Part shown: positions 50,626 through 59,966 of the stretch, in pieces
How positions within the stretch are numbered: the first letter of the stretch is position 1
Layout: the number at the start of each line of letters is the position of its first letter
IMG/VR virus record: IMGVR_UViG_3300026549_002477
Source: an uncultured virus (IMG/VR IMGVR_UViG_3300026549_002477)
Taxonomy: Duplodnaviria; Heunggongvirae; Uroviricota; Caudoviricetes
Direction: 5' to 3' (one strand)
DNA length: 64,000 nt
Program-made: the position numbers and the translations under genes
The notes under the pieces: generated by a model
What the model was told of the DNA's origin: nothing
The model's input: the letters and a program-made list of their open reading frames with translations, nothing else
Databases searched by the model: none

Positions 50626-52341
50626 ATGGCAGAAGAGAAGAAACCAAAATTTGATGACATTAACATTGATGATATATCATTCGACAGTATAGATAATTCT
50701 GATAAAGCATATGATAGTGATGATTTTAGCAATGCTGATTTGTCTGGCATTGACTTTGATGATGATACTAATGATAGCAATGATACTTCAGCTGTTGATG
50801 AATTATCCAGTGATGGAATTGAGATCAGTGATGATGAACCAGATAATTCAGAATTAGATGATGACACTGAAGATGAGTCAGGTACTAATGAAGTTGACAC
50901 TGATAGCATAGAAGATTCTGAAGTTAGTACAGGTGATTCTGAAAATGATACAGATGATGAATCTGGTGCTAGCTATAGTGATGGAACTGATGTAGATTCT
51001 AATGAATTGCTAGCAGATGATGATTCAGATGGGTCAGATGATGAGAATAAGAATGACTTTATTGATGAATCTGGTGACATTATAGTCCAAGATAAAGATG
51101 ATTCAAAAGAAAATGGTTTTGATTTGATATATCTAGACATTGATAAGATAGGTATAGCAAATAGGATTAGAGAGACTAAGTCAGTTGAAGGTCTTATGCG
51201 TTCAATAGAATCTACTGGCTTGTTAAATCCTATTGTAGTAGCACCTACTATTACTAACGGAGTTTATATTCTTCTTGACGGATATAGGAGAGTTCTTGCT
51301 TGTGCTGGTATAGGTAAGAAACGTATCCCATGTGTTGTAAATAACAAGGTAAGTACCCCTGAGCTTCCTATGATTGAAGCTATGTATAACCAGAATACTA
51401 AATATACTATTAAAGAAGAAATTAATTACATAGATTATCTTGAGAAGCAAAAAGGAATCATGAATCCAAACATGATTGAATTTTTACTTCAAATGAATAG
51501 CGGTGATTATTTAAAGTTAAAAGATATACTTGCTGATAATGATGATGACATTGTAAGTAAGTTGTATGACGGAACTTATGATATAGCTACAGCTTTTAAA
51601 AAGCTTGAGCAGCGTCGTAAGAAAGAGTCAGCCGAAGAGAAAGAGAATAAGAAAGCAGCAAAGGTTTATGATAACGAAGCTGAATCTGGCGCTGATCAAA
51701 TTGCAGATTCTGGTGAAACAGGTTCTGGTCAGGGTATGACAGATGATGAAATTAAGGAACTTACCCAAAATGCTCATGACCTTGATAGCGTTGAAGATCA
51801 AGACCTTGGACAGATGATTGAGGATGATAAGCAGATTGAGGGTTTTGATCCACACCATCAGAAAGTTGGAGAGCGTGAATACATTGATCCAAAGATTAAG
51901 AAAGCAGTAATGGCTCGTGATAATAGTACTTGCCAGTGCTGTAAGCGTGGTGGTGAGGAATATGCAGATACGCTTGACCTTCATCACATGATTCCAGTTT
52001 ATTGCGGTGGTGAGGATAGTGTAGATAATTCAATCATGTTGTGTTTAACTTGTCATCATATGGTTCATTTATATGCTCAGGGAGATTTATCAATTAATAA
52101 AGAGTTGATTGACGGAAACTGGGATGAACTTAGTGAAGATAGAAAGAAAAAGTATCAAAACTCTGAAGATATATTCCGTGACGAGCAGAATAGGTTTAAG
52201 AGGATAGTTAAGCTTGGTGGATTGATTAGAAAAGCAATGGCAGCTAAGGGAATAACCAGAGATAAAATGAAGAAAGAACATCCTGTTCAGAACATTGGAC
52301 GTCGTAAGATTGGTTCAACTCAGGAAGCTAAGAATGAATAA
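50626..52341 (+). CDS. ParB/Srx-domain protein fused to a C-terminal HNH endonuclease, with an acidic N-terminus
   Basis: GLLNPIVV...LLDGYRRVLA (ParB-N); RDNSTCQCC...LHHMIP...GG...DN...LCLTCH (HNH). Confidence 0.87.
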   Translation: MAEEKKPKFDDINIDDISFDSIDNSDKAYDSDDFSNADLSGIDFDDDTNDSNDTSAVDELSSDGIEISDDEPDNSELDDDTEDESGTNEVDTDSIEDSEVSTGDSENDTDDESGASYSDGTDVDSNELLADDDSDGSDDENKNDFIDESGDIIVQDKDDSKENGFDLIYLDIDKIGIANRIRETKSVEGLMRSIESTGLLNPIVVAPTITNGVYILLDGYRRVLACAGIGKKRIPCVVNNKVSTPELPMIEAMYNQNTKYTIKEEINYIDYLEKQKGIMNPNMIEFLLQMNSGDYLKLKDILADNDDDIVSKLYDGTYDIATAFKKLEQRRKKESAEEKENKKAAKVYDNEAESGADQIADSGETGSGQGMTDDEIKELTQNAHDLDSVEDQDLGQMIEDDKQIEGFDPHHQKVGEREYIDPKIKKAVMARDNSTCQCCKRGGEEYADTLDLHHMIPVYCGGEDSVDNSIMLCLTCHHMVHLYAQGDLSINKELIDGNWDELSEDRKKKYQNSEDIFRDEQNRFKRIVKLGGLIRKAMAAKGITRDKMKKEHPVQNIGRRKIGSTQEAKNE

Positions 52342-52400
52342 GATTAAGCAGAGTTGAAAGAAATAAACATCAAGTGAGATAGCAACTAAGGTGGGGTAAG

Positions 52401-52538
52401 ATGAAAAATACAAAAGCAAGCATAAAGGAGAACACAAACGATAGCAATGTGAACACTGATAATAAACAAGAGCATAAGATGCTATGGTCAGCTAGAAAAA
52501 GAAATGCACTTGGACTTCCATGGACATTCACAGTTTAA
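52401..52538 (+). pseudogene. Truncated bacterial PH-domain (bPH_2-like) gene remnant or small ORF (45 aa)
   Basis: Purine-rich RBS and ATG. The translation ends LWSARKRNALGLPWTFTV*, resembling the start of clostridial bPH_2 proteins, and stops where the domain would begin. Confidence 0.5.
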
Positions 52539-52555
52539 AAATTAGGAGAAGCACA

Positions 52556-54598
52556 ATGAATAGAAAGATAGTTTATGCAGCTTTATTATTATTAGTTATT
52601 CTTGGAGTTTCTGGATGCGGTTTTGGAAAATCAAGCACAGTATCAACTGAGAGCACAGAGGCGTCAACTGAAGGCATTACTGAGAATAGTATTGATGATG
52701 TCATAGATGAACCACAGATTGAGCAGAATAGTTTGATGTATGATACTGATAAGCTATCTATAAATTTGGATAGCTCAACAGCCTCAGGATGCTCATTTAC
52801 AATAGCAAATAAAACTGATACAGATCTTACTCTTGGTGATATATTTGTATTTGTTAACGGGTATCAGGCGGGATTTGATCAAAGCAATCCAGTTGTATCT
52901 GCAAAGTCAACTCAAACTGTCAATTATAGATATGATGCTCAACTATTAAAAGTTATAGGTGACATAACAAATAATCCTACAATAACAATATCAGCTCTTG
53001 CATATACTTTTGATAAAGATAGTAACAGTGTAATATCTATAGATACAATAACTGGGACTACCAGTGATCAGTTTAATCCTAGCTTTTCTAATACTGGAGA
53101 ACAAGTATATTCTAATAGTGACATGACAGTTTATCCATTTGTAAATACTGAACTTGGATCTGCAATTGAAATTGTTAATAACACAGATAAAACTATTAGT
53201 ATATCAAATGTTTTGGATCATAACGTCATAAATGATAATACTGACAGTTATTCTCCAGATTCATTTTCTGCTAATGAATCAAGTGCAGTGGGGATAAATA
53301 TAGCTCCACATTGTATGGGATTTTTTGTTCCATCAAGCATGGAGTTTATAGATACTGAAAATTACAATTCTCCTGATGGAAGTGATACACTAACTGATGT
53401 AAAGTCAGATAAACTTCAGTTACGTTATATGTTTCTTGAAGATAAAAATTATGAATATTATGTAACTGATATTTTTGATGCAATCACTAAAGAAGTTATA
53501 AGCGGAACAGAAGTAAAGAATGAAGGAAACCATATTGATAAATTTGCAGCTTGTAATACAACAGAAGTAGATGTTAATAATGTAATTGAACCAACTGGAA
53601 TAGCAGGTGATGCTCAATCTGTTGTTGAGTTAGGGGTTATGCCAACGCTTGCAACTGATGAATCCGAAGCAACAACTGAAGCTACTGAAGAAGCAATTCC
53701 TAAGGCTTCACCAAAGGAAAAAGAGAAAACAGAGGATAGTTCAACAGAATCAACTGAAGATGCTGAAGAAAAAGATGACATTGTAGATAGCAGTAAGGCA
53801 GTTGTAATTGATATTCCAAACTTTAAAGCCTCCATGCAAGATGCTTATATAAATGCAGATGGAAACTTAATAATTGATGTGACATATAGGAATACAAGCA
53901 GAGATGACATAGATGTTTATATTTCAAGCGTTAACATTAATAACATTTGCATTCCATCTGGTGGAAATTACGCATATTCGGTCTACAGTACACATAGTGG
54001 TAGCGAATGTACTAGCCCGATTGTTGTAGATGAGGAAGATCTTAAAACAAATGGTATATCTGATATAAATAAAATATCTATAACATACAGACTTCATGAT
54101 ATTACAGCTGATACACAGAAGGTCACAACAGCAACGCCAGAGTATTGGGCAACTATTGATCCAGTTGAAATTTATGCAAGTGGAAACACTGGGCTTGACA
54201 TTGATCCAATAGAGATTCCAGATAAACTTTATAGTGGACAGGGGATTGATGTTGCAGCAGAAATAAAGGATGATAAAACTTACAGTGTGTACATTACAAA
54301 CACATCTAATGCAACTTTAACAGTATCTCTTGAAGAAGAACCTAGCTTAATATCTTTTGTGAATGATTCAATGGCTATAATAGATCAAGATAATCCATGG
54401 ACAGATAGTTTAGTTAACTCTGAAGCTAGGTTACAGCCGGGTTGTACAGTAGTATTTTCTCAGGATTTAAATGGAGTTAATGTAGTTGACTCCAAATACG
54501 CTGTATTACAAGACATAAAAGTTGTAAATGCATCAAATGTTGGTGAGATTAATCATCTGTTAAGAACCGGATCAATAGTTCTTGAGATAGTAAGATAA
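52556..54598 (+). CDS. Lipoprotein with two related beta-rich (Ig-like) regions
   Basis: AGGAG RBS, lipobox VSGC, recurring motifs (IANKTDTDL/VNG; YRNTSRDDI/INN) separated by an acidic linker. Confidence 0.83.
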   Translation: MNRKIVYAALLLLVILGVSGCGFGKSSTVSTESTEASTEGITENSIDDVIDEPQIEQNSLMYDTDKLSINLDSSTASGCSFTIANKTDTDLTLGDIFVFVNGYQAGFDQSNPVVSAKSTQTVNYRYDAQLLKVIGDITNNPTITISALAYTFDKDSNSVISIDTITGTTSDQFNPSFSNTGEQVYSNSDMTVYPFVNTELGSAIEIVNNTDKTISISNVLDHNVINDNTDSYSPDSFSANESSAVGINIAPHCMGFFVPSSMEFIDTENYNSPDGSDTLTDVKSDKLQLRYMFLEDKNYEYYVTDIFDAITKEVISGTEVKNEGNHIDKFAACNTTEVDVNNVIEPTGIAGDAQSVVELGVMPTLATDESEATTEATEEAIPKASPKEKEKTEDSSTESTEDAEEKDDIVDSSKAVVIDIPNFKASMQDAYINADGNLIIDVTYRNTSRDDIDVYISSVNINNICIPSGGNYAYSVYSTHSGSECTSPIVVDEEDLKTNGISDINKISITYRLHDITADTQKVTTATPEYWATIDPVEIYASGNTGLDIDPIEIPDKLYSGQGIDVAAEIKDDKTYSVYITNTSNATLTVSLEEEPSLISFVNDSMAIIDQDNPWTDSLVNSEARLQPGCTVVFSQDLNGVNVVDSKYAVLQDIKVVNASNVGEINHLLRTGSIVLEIVR

Positions 54599-54643
54599 AT
54601 AGTATTAGCTCCATTGAGATTAAAATTAAAATATTAAGTTGAG

Positions 54644-55969
54644 ATGGAGCATTATATGGATAGCATAAAGAATAATAAAGCATTGAATTCAAGTAGTGAA
54701 CTATATCATGATAATTTTGCAGATGTTCCTAACATATATTATTTGTATTCAAGCGCTAATGAATATGTAAGGAACTTGAGAAATAATAATGATATTCCTG
54801 TATTATTGTATGTAAACATTTATGGCATGAGGTTATATAATAAGCAGTTTGGATTTTCTGAAGGAAATAAAATTTTAACTATCTTGGCTAGAGCACTCTA
54901 TGAGGTATTTGAAGATAGCATAGTTTGTCATGCTTCAGAGGATCATTTTATAGTATTAACTAAACAAATTGGCATAGAAGATAATATAAGATCAATTGCA
55001 GAAATAGTTGGTAGCGAGGCTAAAAGTAAGTTCTTGACTATAAAAGTTGGAGCATACATAGCTGAAGATACCAACTATTTTAATACTTATGATGCATATG
55101 ATAAAGCTAGATTTGCATGTGGTTTAATACATGATGATGCAGGGAAAAATCTGAATTACTTTGATAAAGAAGACTTTGACCAATATGAAAAAGAGCTTTA
55201 TATCATAGGGAATATTAGAAATGCCCTAGATGAGCATCAAGTAAAGGTATATTATCAGCCAATATGCAACATAAAAACTGGTAAACTTGTTGCTTTTGAA
55301 GCATTAGCTAGATGGATTGATTCAGGGAACAAAGTAATTGGGCCAGGGGATTTTATACCAGAAATAGAAAGACACCACATAATAAGCTTACTTGATAATT
55401 ACATGTTGAATGAGATATGTAAAGAGTGGAAAGACAGGCAGCAAGTTGGATTAGGTAATATACCAATATCATTAAACATAAGTAAAGATGATTTTAGACA
55501 TGAAGATGTTAGTGACTTTGTTATAAATACAATCAACAATTATAATATTCCGCATAATTTAATAATTGTAGAGATAACTGAGAGTACTTTATATAATAAC
55601 TATGCAAATTTAAAAGAACAGCTGCTTAAATTAAAGAGTGCTGGAATAAAGATTTGGATGGATGATTTTGGAAGTGAGTATTCATCTATTGGTATGTTAC
55701 AAACAATGGATGTTGATCTTATAAAATTAGACATAAATTTCTTAAGAAGTATAGATGAGAACAAAAACAATGAAAGATTAGAAAAATCAACTAAACTCCT
55801 GGAATCTGCTATTAAACTTGCAAAATCATTGAATATACATACATTGTGCGAGGGGGCAGAAACAAAGGATCAATTAGAATTATTGGATACTTTAGGATGC
55901 GAAAATGCACAGGGATTTTATTTTGGAAAACCTGAACCATTAAATGAAACTTATAAAACACAAAAATAA
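54644..55969 (+). CDS. GGDEF(degenerate)-EAL c-di-GMP phosphodiesterase
   Basis: YNKQFGFSEGN and ASEDHF (degenerate GGDEF). YQP, FEALARW, EITE, DDFGSEYSS, KLD, EGAET and QGFYFGKP (intact EAL). Confidence 0.92.
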   Translation: MEHYMDSIKNNKALNSSSELYHDNFADVPNIYYLYSSANEYVRNLRNNNDIPVLLYVNIYGMRLYNKQFGFSEGNKILTILARALYEVFEDSIVCHASEDHFIVLTKQIGIEDNIRSIAEIVGSEAKSKFLTIKVGAYIAEDTNYFNTYDAYDKARFACGLIHDDAGKNLNYFDKEDFDQYEKELYIIGNIRNALDEHQVKVYYQPICNIKTGKLVAFEALARWIDSGNKVIGPGDFIPEIERHHIISLLDNYMLNEICKEWKDRQQVGLGNIPISLNISKDDFRHEDVSDFVINTINNYNIPHNLIIVEITESTLYNNYANLKEQLLKLKSAGIKIWMDDFGSEYSSIGMLQTMDVDLIKLDINFLRSIDENKNNERLEKSTKLLESAIKLAKSLNIHTLCEGAETKDQLELLDTLGCENAQGFYFGKPEPLNETYKTQK

Positions 55970-56100
55970 AATTAAATATTAACCAAAAAACTAACCTATG
56001 ATTGAGAATAGATATAAATTTTTAAATAATGAAATTAAAATAGAATAAGATTAAGTTTTGTGGCAGCATAATAAAACATGAATTATACAGAGGTGTTAAA

Positions 56101-57417
56101 ATGAATAAAGAAGTTGTTAAATGTAAAAAGAAATCATATTGCATTTATTACAATCCTGAAATAGAAGCTAATAGCATTATAATTAATAAGCTTGAGCAGG
56201 GTGAAGTTTATAGGGCAATGCATAAAAAGGATATTTGGAGTCCGAGAGAATTAGAGGCTCTCAAGAGAAAATATCCTGAAAAATATCAATACCTTGTGAC
56301 TGCATATAATAATCATAAATGTTATAATTCAAACAATGGATATGTTGTAAGAGGTACTGCTGGAGAGCTTTGGGTTATATCTGAGGATAAGCTTGTTCAG
56401 AAATATGAACAAACTGAGAATCAACCAAACGTTCCATTTCTTACAGAGATAAATGATGGGCGTGGAGACATTGATGAATGGTGGGTACCAATAGTAACTA
56501 AGACTGGCAATGATGCACCTATAAACTATGCATATAGGCTTCCAGTTGGTCAACAGATGGAAGTTAAAACCAGTTGGGCTGTGCTTTTAGCAAATGACCC
56601 AAATGTTGAACATGGTAAAGGTGATTGGATCGTTGCAGCTGATCCAGAATTCAAAGATCAATGGGTTGTGAATGGTTTGATCTTTGATAAAACGTATCAG
56701 ATAATTGGTTCAGAAGGTATTAGCAGTGCTAACCGGAATGTTATTGACAGTGCTAGTGGGAATGGCAGTGGTACTGGAAATATAGATGACAGATCAAGTT
56801 ACAAGCAATGCAAAAAGAAGTTATTTACTCGTTATATATGTATACCAAGGATAGGAACACAGGTGTTTAACAAGCTTGAGAAATCACAATATACTACTAA
56901 TCAGCAAAAGCCATTTGTAATTTGCGGTACTATTGGCGAGCTTTGGACAATAGATTTTACTAAGCTTATGAAGACTTATACATTTGCTGATGGCACTCCA
57001 ATTACAATAGCATCTATTAACCGTAGAATGAAGACTGTTGATACAGGTAATATGCACTTTAGAGTTATGGATTGGATTCCAGTACAGAGTAAACCAGATG
57101 CAGGTATAAATTGGGCTTGTTTCGTTCCTAATGGAAGAACTGGTAAAGTTTTGACACAATGGGGTGAAACTCTTGAAATTAATTCAGCTGGAAATTATCA
57201 CGGATATGGAGATTTTGTTGTAACAGCTGATGATAATGGCAAGCCAAGCATGAGAGATAGATGGGTTGTAAACGGTGGTGTTTTTGCAACAACTTATAAT
57301 AATAAAGGTTGGACACAATTTCTTGACCCTAAAGCATCAAATATAGATGCTGGAGCTACTAAACAGCATTTACCAAACTTTGATAGGCTGTTAAAAACAG
57401 GAAGAGCAGGGTTCTGA
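56101..57417 (+). CDS. Hypothetical protein made of two homologous PGDYG-like repeats
   Basis: CKKK...GTAGELWVI...Y...HGKGDWIV...WVVNGLIFDKTY recurs as CKKK...GTIGELWTI...Y...HGYGDFVV...WVVNGGVFATTY. Confidence 0.85.
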   Translation: MNKEVVKCKKKSYCIYYNPEIEANSIIINKLEQGEVYRAMHKKDIWSPRELEALKRKYPEKYQYLVTAYNNHKCYNSNNGYVVRGTAGELWVISEDKLVQKYEQTENQPNVPFLTEINDGRGDIDEWWVPIVTKTGNDAPINYAYRLPVGQQMEVKTSWAVLLANDPNVEHGKGDWIVAADPEFKDQWVVNGLIFDKTYQIIGSEGISSANRNVIDSASGNGSGTGNIDDRSSYKQCKKKLFTRYICIPRIGTQVFNKLEKSQYTTNQQKPFVICGTIGELWTIDFTKLMKTYTFADGTPITIASINRRMKTVDTGNMHFRVMDWIPVQSKPDAGINWACFVPNGRTGKVLTQWGETLEINSAGNYHGYGDFVVTADDNGKPSMRDRWVVNGGVFATTYNNKGWTQFLDPKASNIDAGATKQHLPNFDRLLKTGRAGF

Positions 57418-57442
57418 TAAGTCGTAGTTTACAAATTAAATT

Positions 57443-57482
57443 ATATGCACAGAGTAGGTTAGGCTATTCTGTGCATATTTTT
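57443..57482 (+). terminator. Rho-independent terminator
   Basis: atatgcacagagtag ... ctattctgtgcatat followed by tttt. Confidence 0.87.
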
Positions 57483-57562
57483 GTAGCAGCCGAGTTTTTA
57501 GCATGATAAATTTATCAGTTTGTAATTTAATTTAAGTGGATTAAAATAGTTGACATTAAATT

Positions 57563-58234
57563 TTGATGGAGAAACATAAGGAAATGAAGCTAAATATGAC
57601 AAATATAAAATCTTCAAGAATTAAAGTTCAAATTACAGACATTGATGAATTAAATCATGAAATTAAATGTAATCATATAGCAAGCAAACTTGGAATCACT
57701 GCTTATAATCCTGACAACTTAAGTATTGAAGTTAATCAAGTTGTTATGGTTGAATACAGAAAAACTAATAATGGTGGGCGTTATGTAATTGTTGATAACC
57801 TCATAGAAGAAATGATTGCTAACGTACTTGAGGTTCAGCATATCATTGATGGCGATAAGATGTATGTATCCTTGATATTTGAAAATCCAGAGACAGGTGA
57901 GAGGATGCATAGTTTAATTCAATCAACAATGGAGTTATTTAAGCAATCTGTTATAATAACTAGCCATGACAAGGTTAGATTGAAATTAAACGATGACAGC
58001 CTGTTTAGTATTAAATATATTATTCAAAAGCCATCAGAAATGAAGCAGAAAGAACAGAGAGAAAAAGAAGAGAATGAAAAGAGACTTGAGATTGAAGAAG
58101 AGCTTAAACACCAAGAAGCAATGCGATTAGCTCAAATTGAAGCAGAGTCAAACAATGTAGCTAAATCAAATTCAAATACATTGAGTGTTATGGATACAAA
58201 TAAAATTAGTAGAGATCCAAATTCTGAATTATAA
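57563..58234 (+). CDS. Hypothetical protein (start uncertain)
   Basis: Long ORF, beta-rich N-terminal part and charged coiled C-terminus; several candidate start codons. Confidence 0.75.
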   Translation: MMEKHKEMKLNMTNIKSSRIKVQITDIDELNHEIKCNHIASKLGITAYNPDNLSIEVNQVVMVEYRKTNNGGRYVIVDNLIEEMIANVLEVQHIIDGDKMYVSLIFENPETGERMHSLIQSTMELFKQSVIITSHDKVRLKLNDDSLFSIKYIIQKPSEMKQKEQREKEENEKRLEIEEELKHQEAMRLAQIEAESNNVAKSNSNTLSVMDTNKISRDPNSEL

Positions 58235-58249
58235 TGAATCGGAGTAAAT

Positions 58250-59185
58250 ATGGGAATTACATTTGAAGAAGCTTCGAAATACAATCTGATTAAAAAAGAA
58301 ACATTAAGAATATTGCCAAGTAAGTGTGGTTGTGGTGCTCCAGTGGAGTTAAGTGATTCATTGAGAGAGTTATATTGCACAGATAGAAATTGTAAATATA
58401 ACTTAACTTTTAGAATAGTTGAATTTTGTGAAAAGTTAAACATACCAATTTCTAATGACATTGCAAACAGATTGGTTACAAAGTACAATCTGATTAGTAC
58501 ATATCAGATGATGCAGATTGGACAGATAAATGATTTGTCATTAAGAAATACAAAGATAGGTATAGCTGGGATAAAAGATAAAACATTTACATTATCTGAG
58601 ATAGCAAAGTTGAGTTGCATAGATGACATAGAATATATAGCTGACAAGATATTTTCAGGGTTTAGTAGCTTTGAAGAATTTTTTGATGAGTTGGATAGAA
58701 GTCAGGTAACATTTTTAAATGCTAGGCTTGGCATATATGGAAATGCAACATCATTAAGCGTTCAAGTACTAACAGAATTGAATAGTTTAAGAGAAGAGTT
58801 AATTTTTGGAGAGACAGTATTAAAGATTAAACATATAGATAAAAATATAATCAGAGTTGTTTTTAGTGATAGCTCAGAGCCATTTATGAATCGTAGCGAG
58901 GCAATAGAGTATTTGAACAGTCAATATAATAACTATGACTTTGAATTGTTTAGCCAAGTTAACGAATCTACTGATATACTTATTATGAATTCTGACTCTA
59001 ATAATGAAAAATATCGAGATGCAAAGATAATAAATGATGATTATGTAGAAAAATTAATGAACAATGAAGAGATTGAATATGACGAGATAGGATCATTTAA
59101 AGATAAATCATTTAAACCAGTAGGAAGTAAGATATACATTGACAGTCTTACTAATATAATTAATAGATTTAACGAGATAGCATAA
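58250..59185 (+). CDS. NAD-dependent DNA ligase C-terminal-half-like protein (zinc finger, HhH-like region, BRCT)
   Basis: LPSKCGCGAPV...LYCTDRNC (LigA C4 zinc finger). VVFSDSSEPFMNRSEAIEYL...SQVNESTDILI...KYRDAK (BRCT). Confidence 0.7.
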   Translation: MGITFEEASKYNLIKKETLRILPSKCGCGAPVELSDSLRELYCTDRNCKYNLTFRIVEFCEKLNIPISNDIANRLVTKYNLISTYQMMQIGQINDLSLRNTKIGIAGIKDKTFTLSEIAKLSCIDDIEYIADKIFSGFSSFEEFFDELDRSQVTFLNARLGIYGNATSLSVQVLTELNSLREELIFGETVLKIKHIDKNIIRVVFSDSSEPFMNRSEAIEYLNSQYNNYDFELFSQVNESTDILIMNSDSNNEKYRDAKIINDDYVEKLMNNEEIEYDEIGSFKDKSFKPVGSKIYIDSLTNIINRFNEIA

Positions 59186-59186
59186 A

Positions 59187-59630
59187 ATGTATAAAGTAAC
59201 TGGAAAACTTATAAAAAATCTTGAGATTTATGCAGTAACAGCTATAGATGAGGATAATGAAGACAATAAGATTTTTACTTACAGTGATGCTGTTAAACTT
59301 GCTCGTAGAAATGAATTATCAAATGCTAGGGCTATTGTGAGTTCAGCAGATGGAAGTTTTATGTTAGCTGTGGATGGCGGAATAGATAAACTTCCAACTT
59401 GGAGTACAAACAGAAAAGCTACTATAATAGGACGTATAGTTGAAAATGGAGCTTGTACTGGATATAAAGTAATAAGCGCTGATGGAAAAGAACTCAATAT
59501 TCAAAGTGATAAAGTTTGGGAATTAGCTGACCAAGGAAGAATTCAGGACATAAAGGCAAGATTAACAAACAAGGGTAAAGCTTTGATAAGCAGTGGAGAT
59601 ACAGATTTGAGTACACTGCCAGAAAATTAG
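59187..59630 (+). CDS. Protein consisting of two DUF3892-like modules
   Basis: YKVTG...AVKLARRNELSNA...IDKLP and IIGR...TGYKV...VWELADQGRI...LSTLP. Confidence 0.82.
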   Translation: MYKVTGKLIKNLEIYAVTAIDEDNEDNKIFTYSDAVKLARRNELSNARAIVSSADGSFMLAVDGGIDKLPTWSTNRKATIIGRIVENGACTGYKVISADGKELNIQSDKVWELADQGRIQDIKARLTNKGKALISSGDTDLSTLPEN

Positions 59631-59673
59631 ATCATCTAGTTAGCAAAAATAGAAGAATTTTTGAAAAAAGTAG

Positions 59674-59702
59674 TTGATTTTAGTTTGTGGTTGTGATAAA
59701 GT
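59674..59702 (+). promoter_or_regulatory. Sigma70/SigA-type promoter upstream of the infC leader
   Basis: TTGATT, 17 nt, TAAAGT with an extended -10 TG and an A/T-rich upstream tract. Confidence 0.6.
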
Positions 59703-59719
59703 AAAAGTGTAGAAAGAGG

Positions 59720-59963
59720 TGGATGGAAGGGTTGTGTATGTACCATTGGACAGGTGCAGGTACGCCCGATCCATAAAACCATACAATGTTGCAAGAGGTA
59801 CTATTTAAAATGATTTACAACTCCTATAATCAAAACTAAATCCAGATGATATTGAAAGACAGGAAGTTTTTCGTTCATCTGGATTTAGTTTTGCTCATAG
59901 GAGCAATATAGCAGTTGGTTGTGTATAAATATTCTATTCTTAGGAGGAGAAGTAAACAACTGA
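59720..59963 (+). ncRNA. Putative structured RNA / 5' leader of infC
   Basis: GC-richer hairpin at 59723-59774; long hairpin at 59821-59903 with a perfect 19-bp stem; cagttg/caactg pairing around the RBS. Confidence 0.5.
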
Positions 59964-59966
59964 ATT

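Noticed and set aside
59720..59903. SRP RNA, 6S RNA, tRNA or L20 leader identity for the structured region
   Set aside because: I could not find the diagnostic motifs by eye, so it is left as an unidentified structured RNA.
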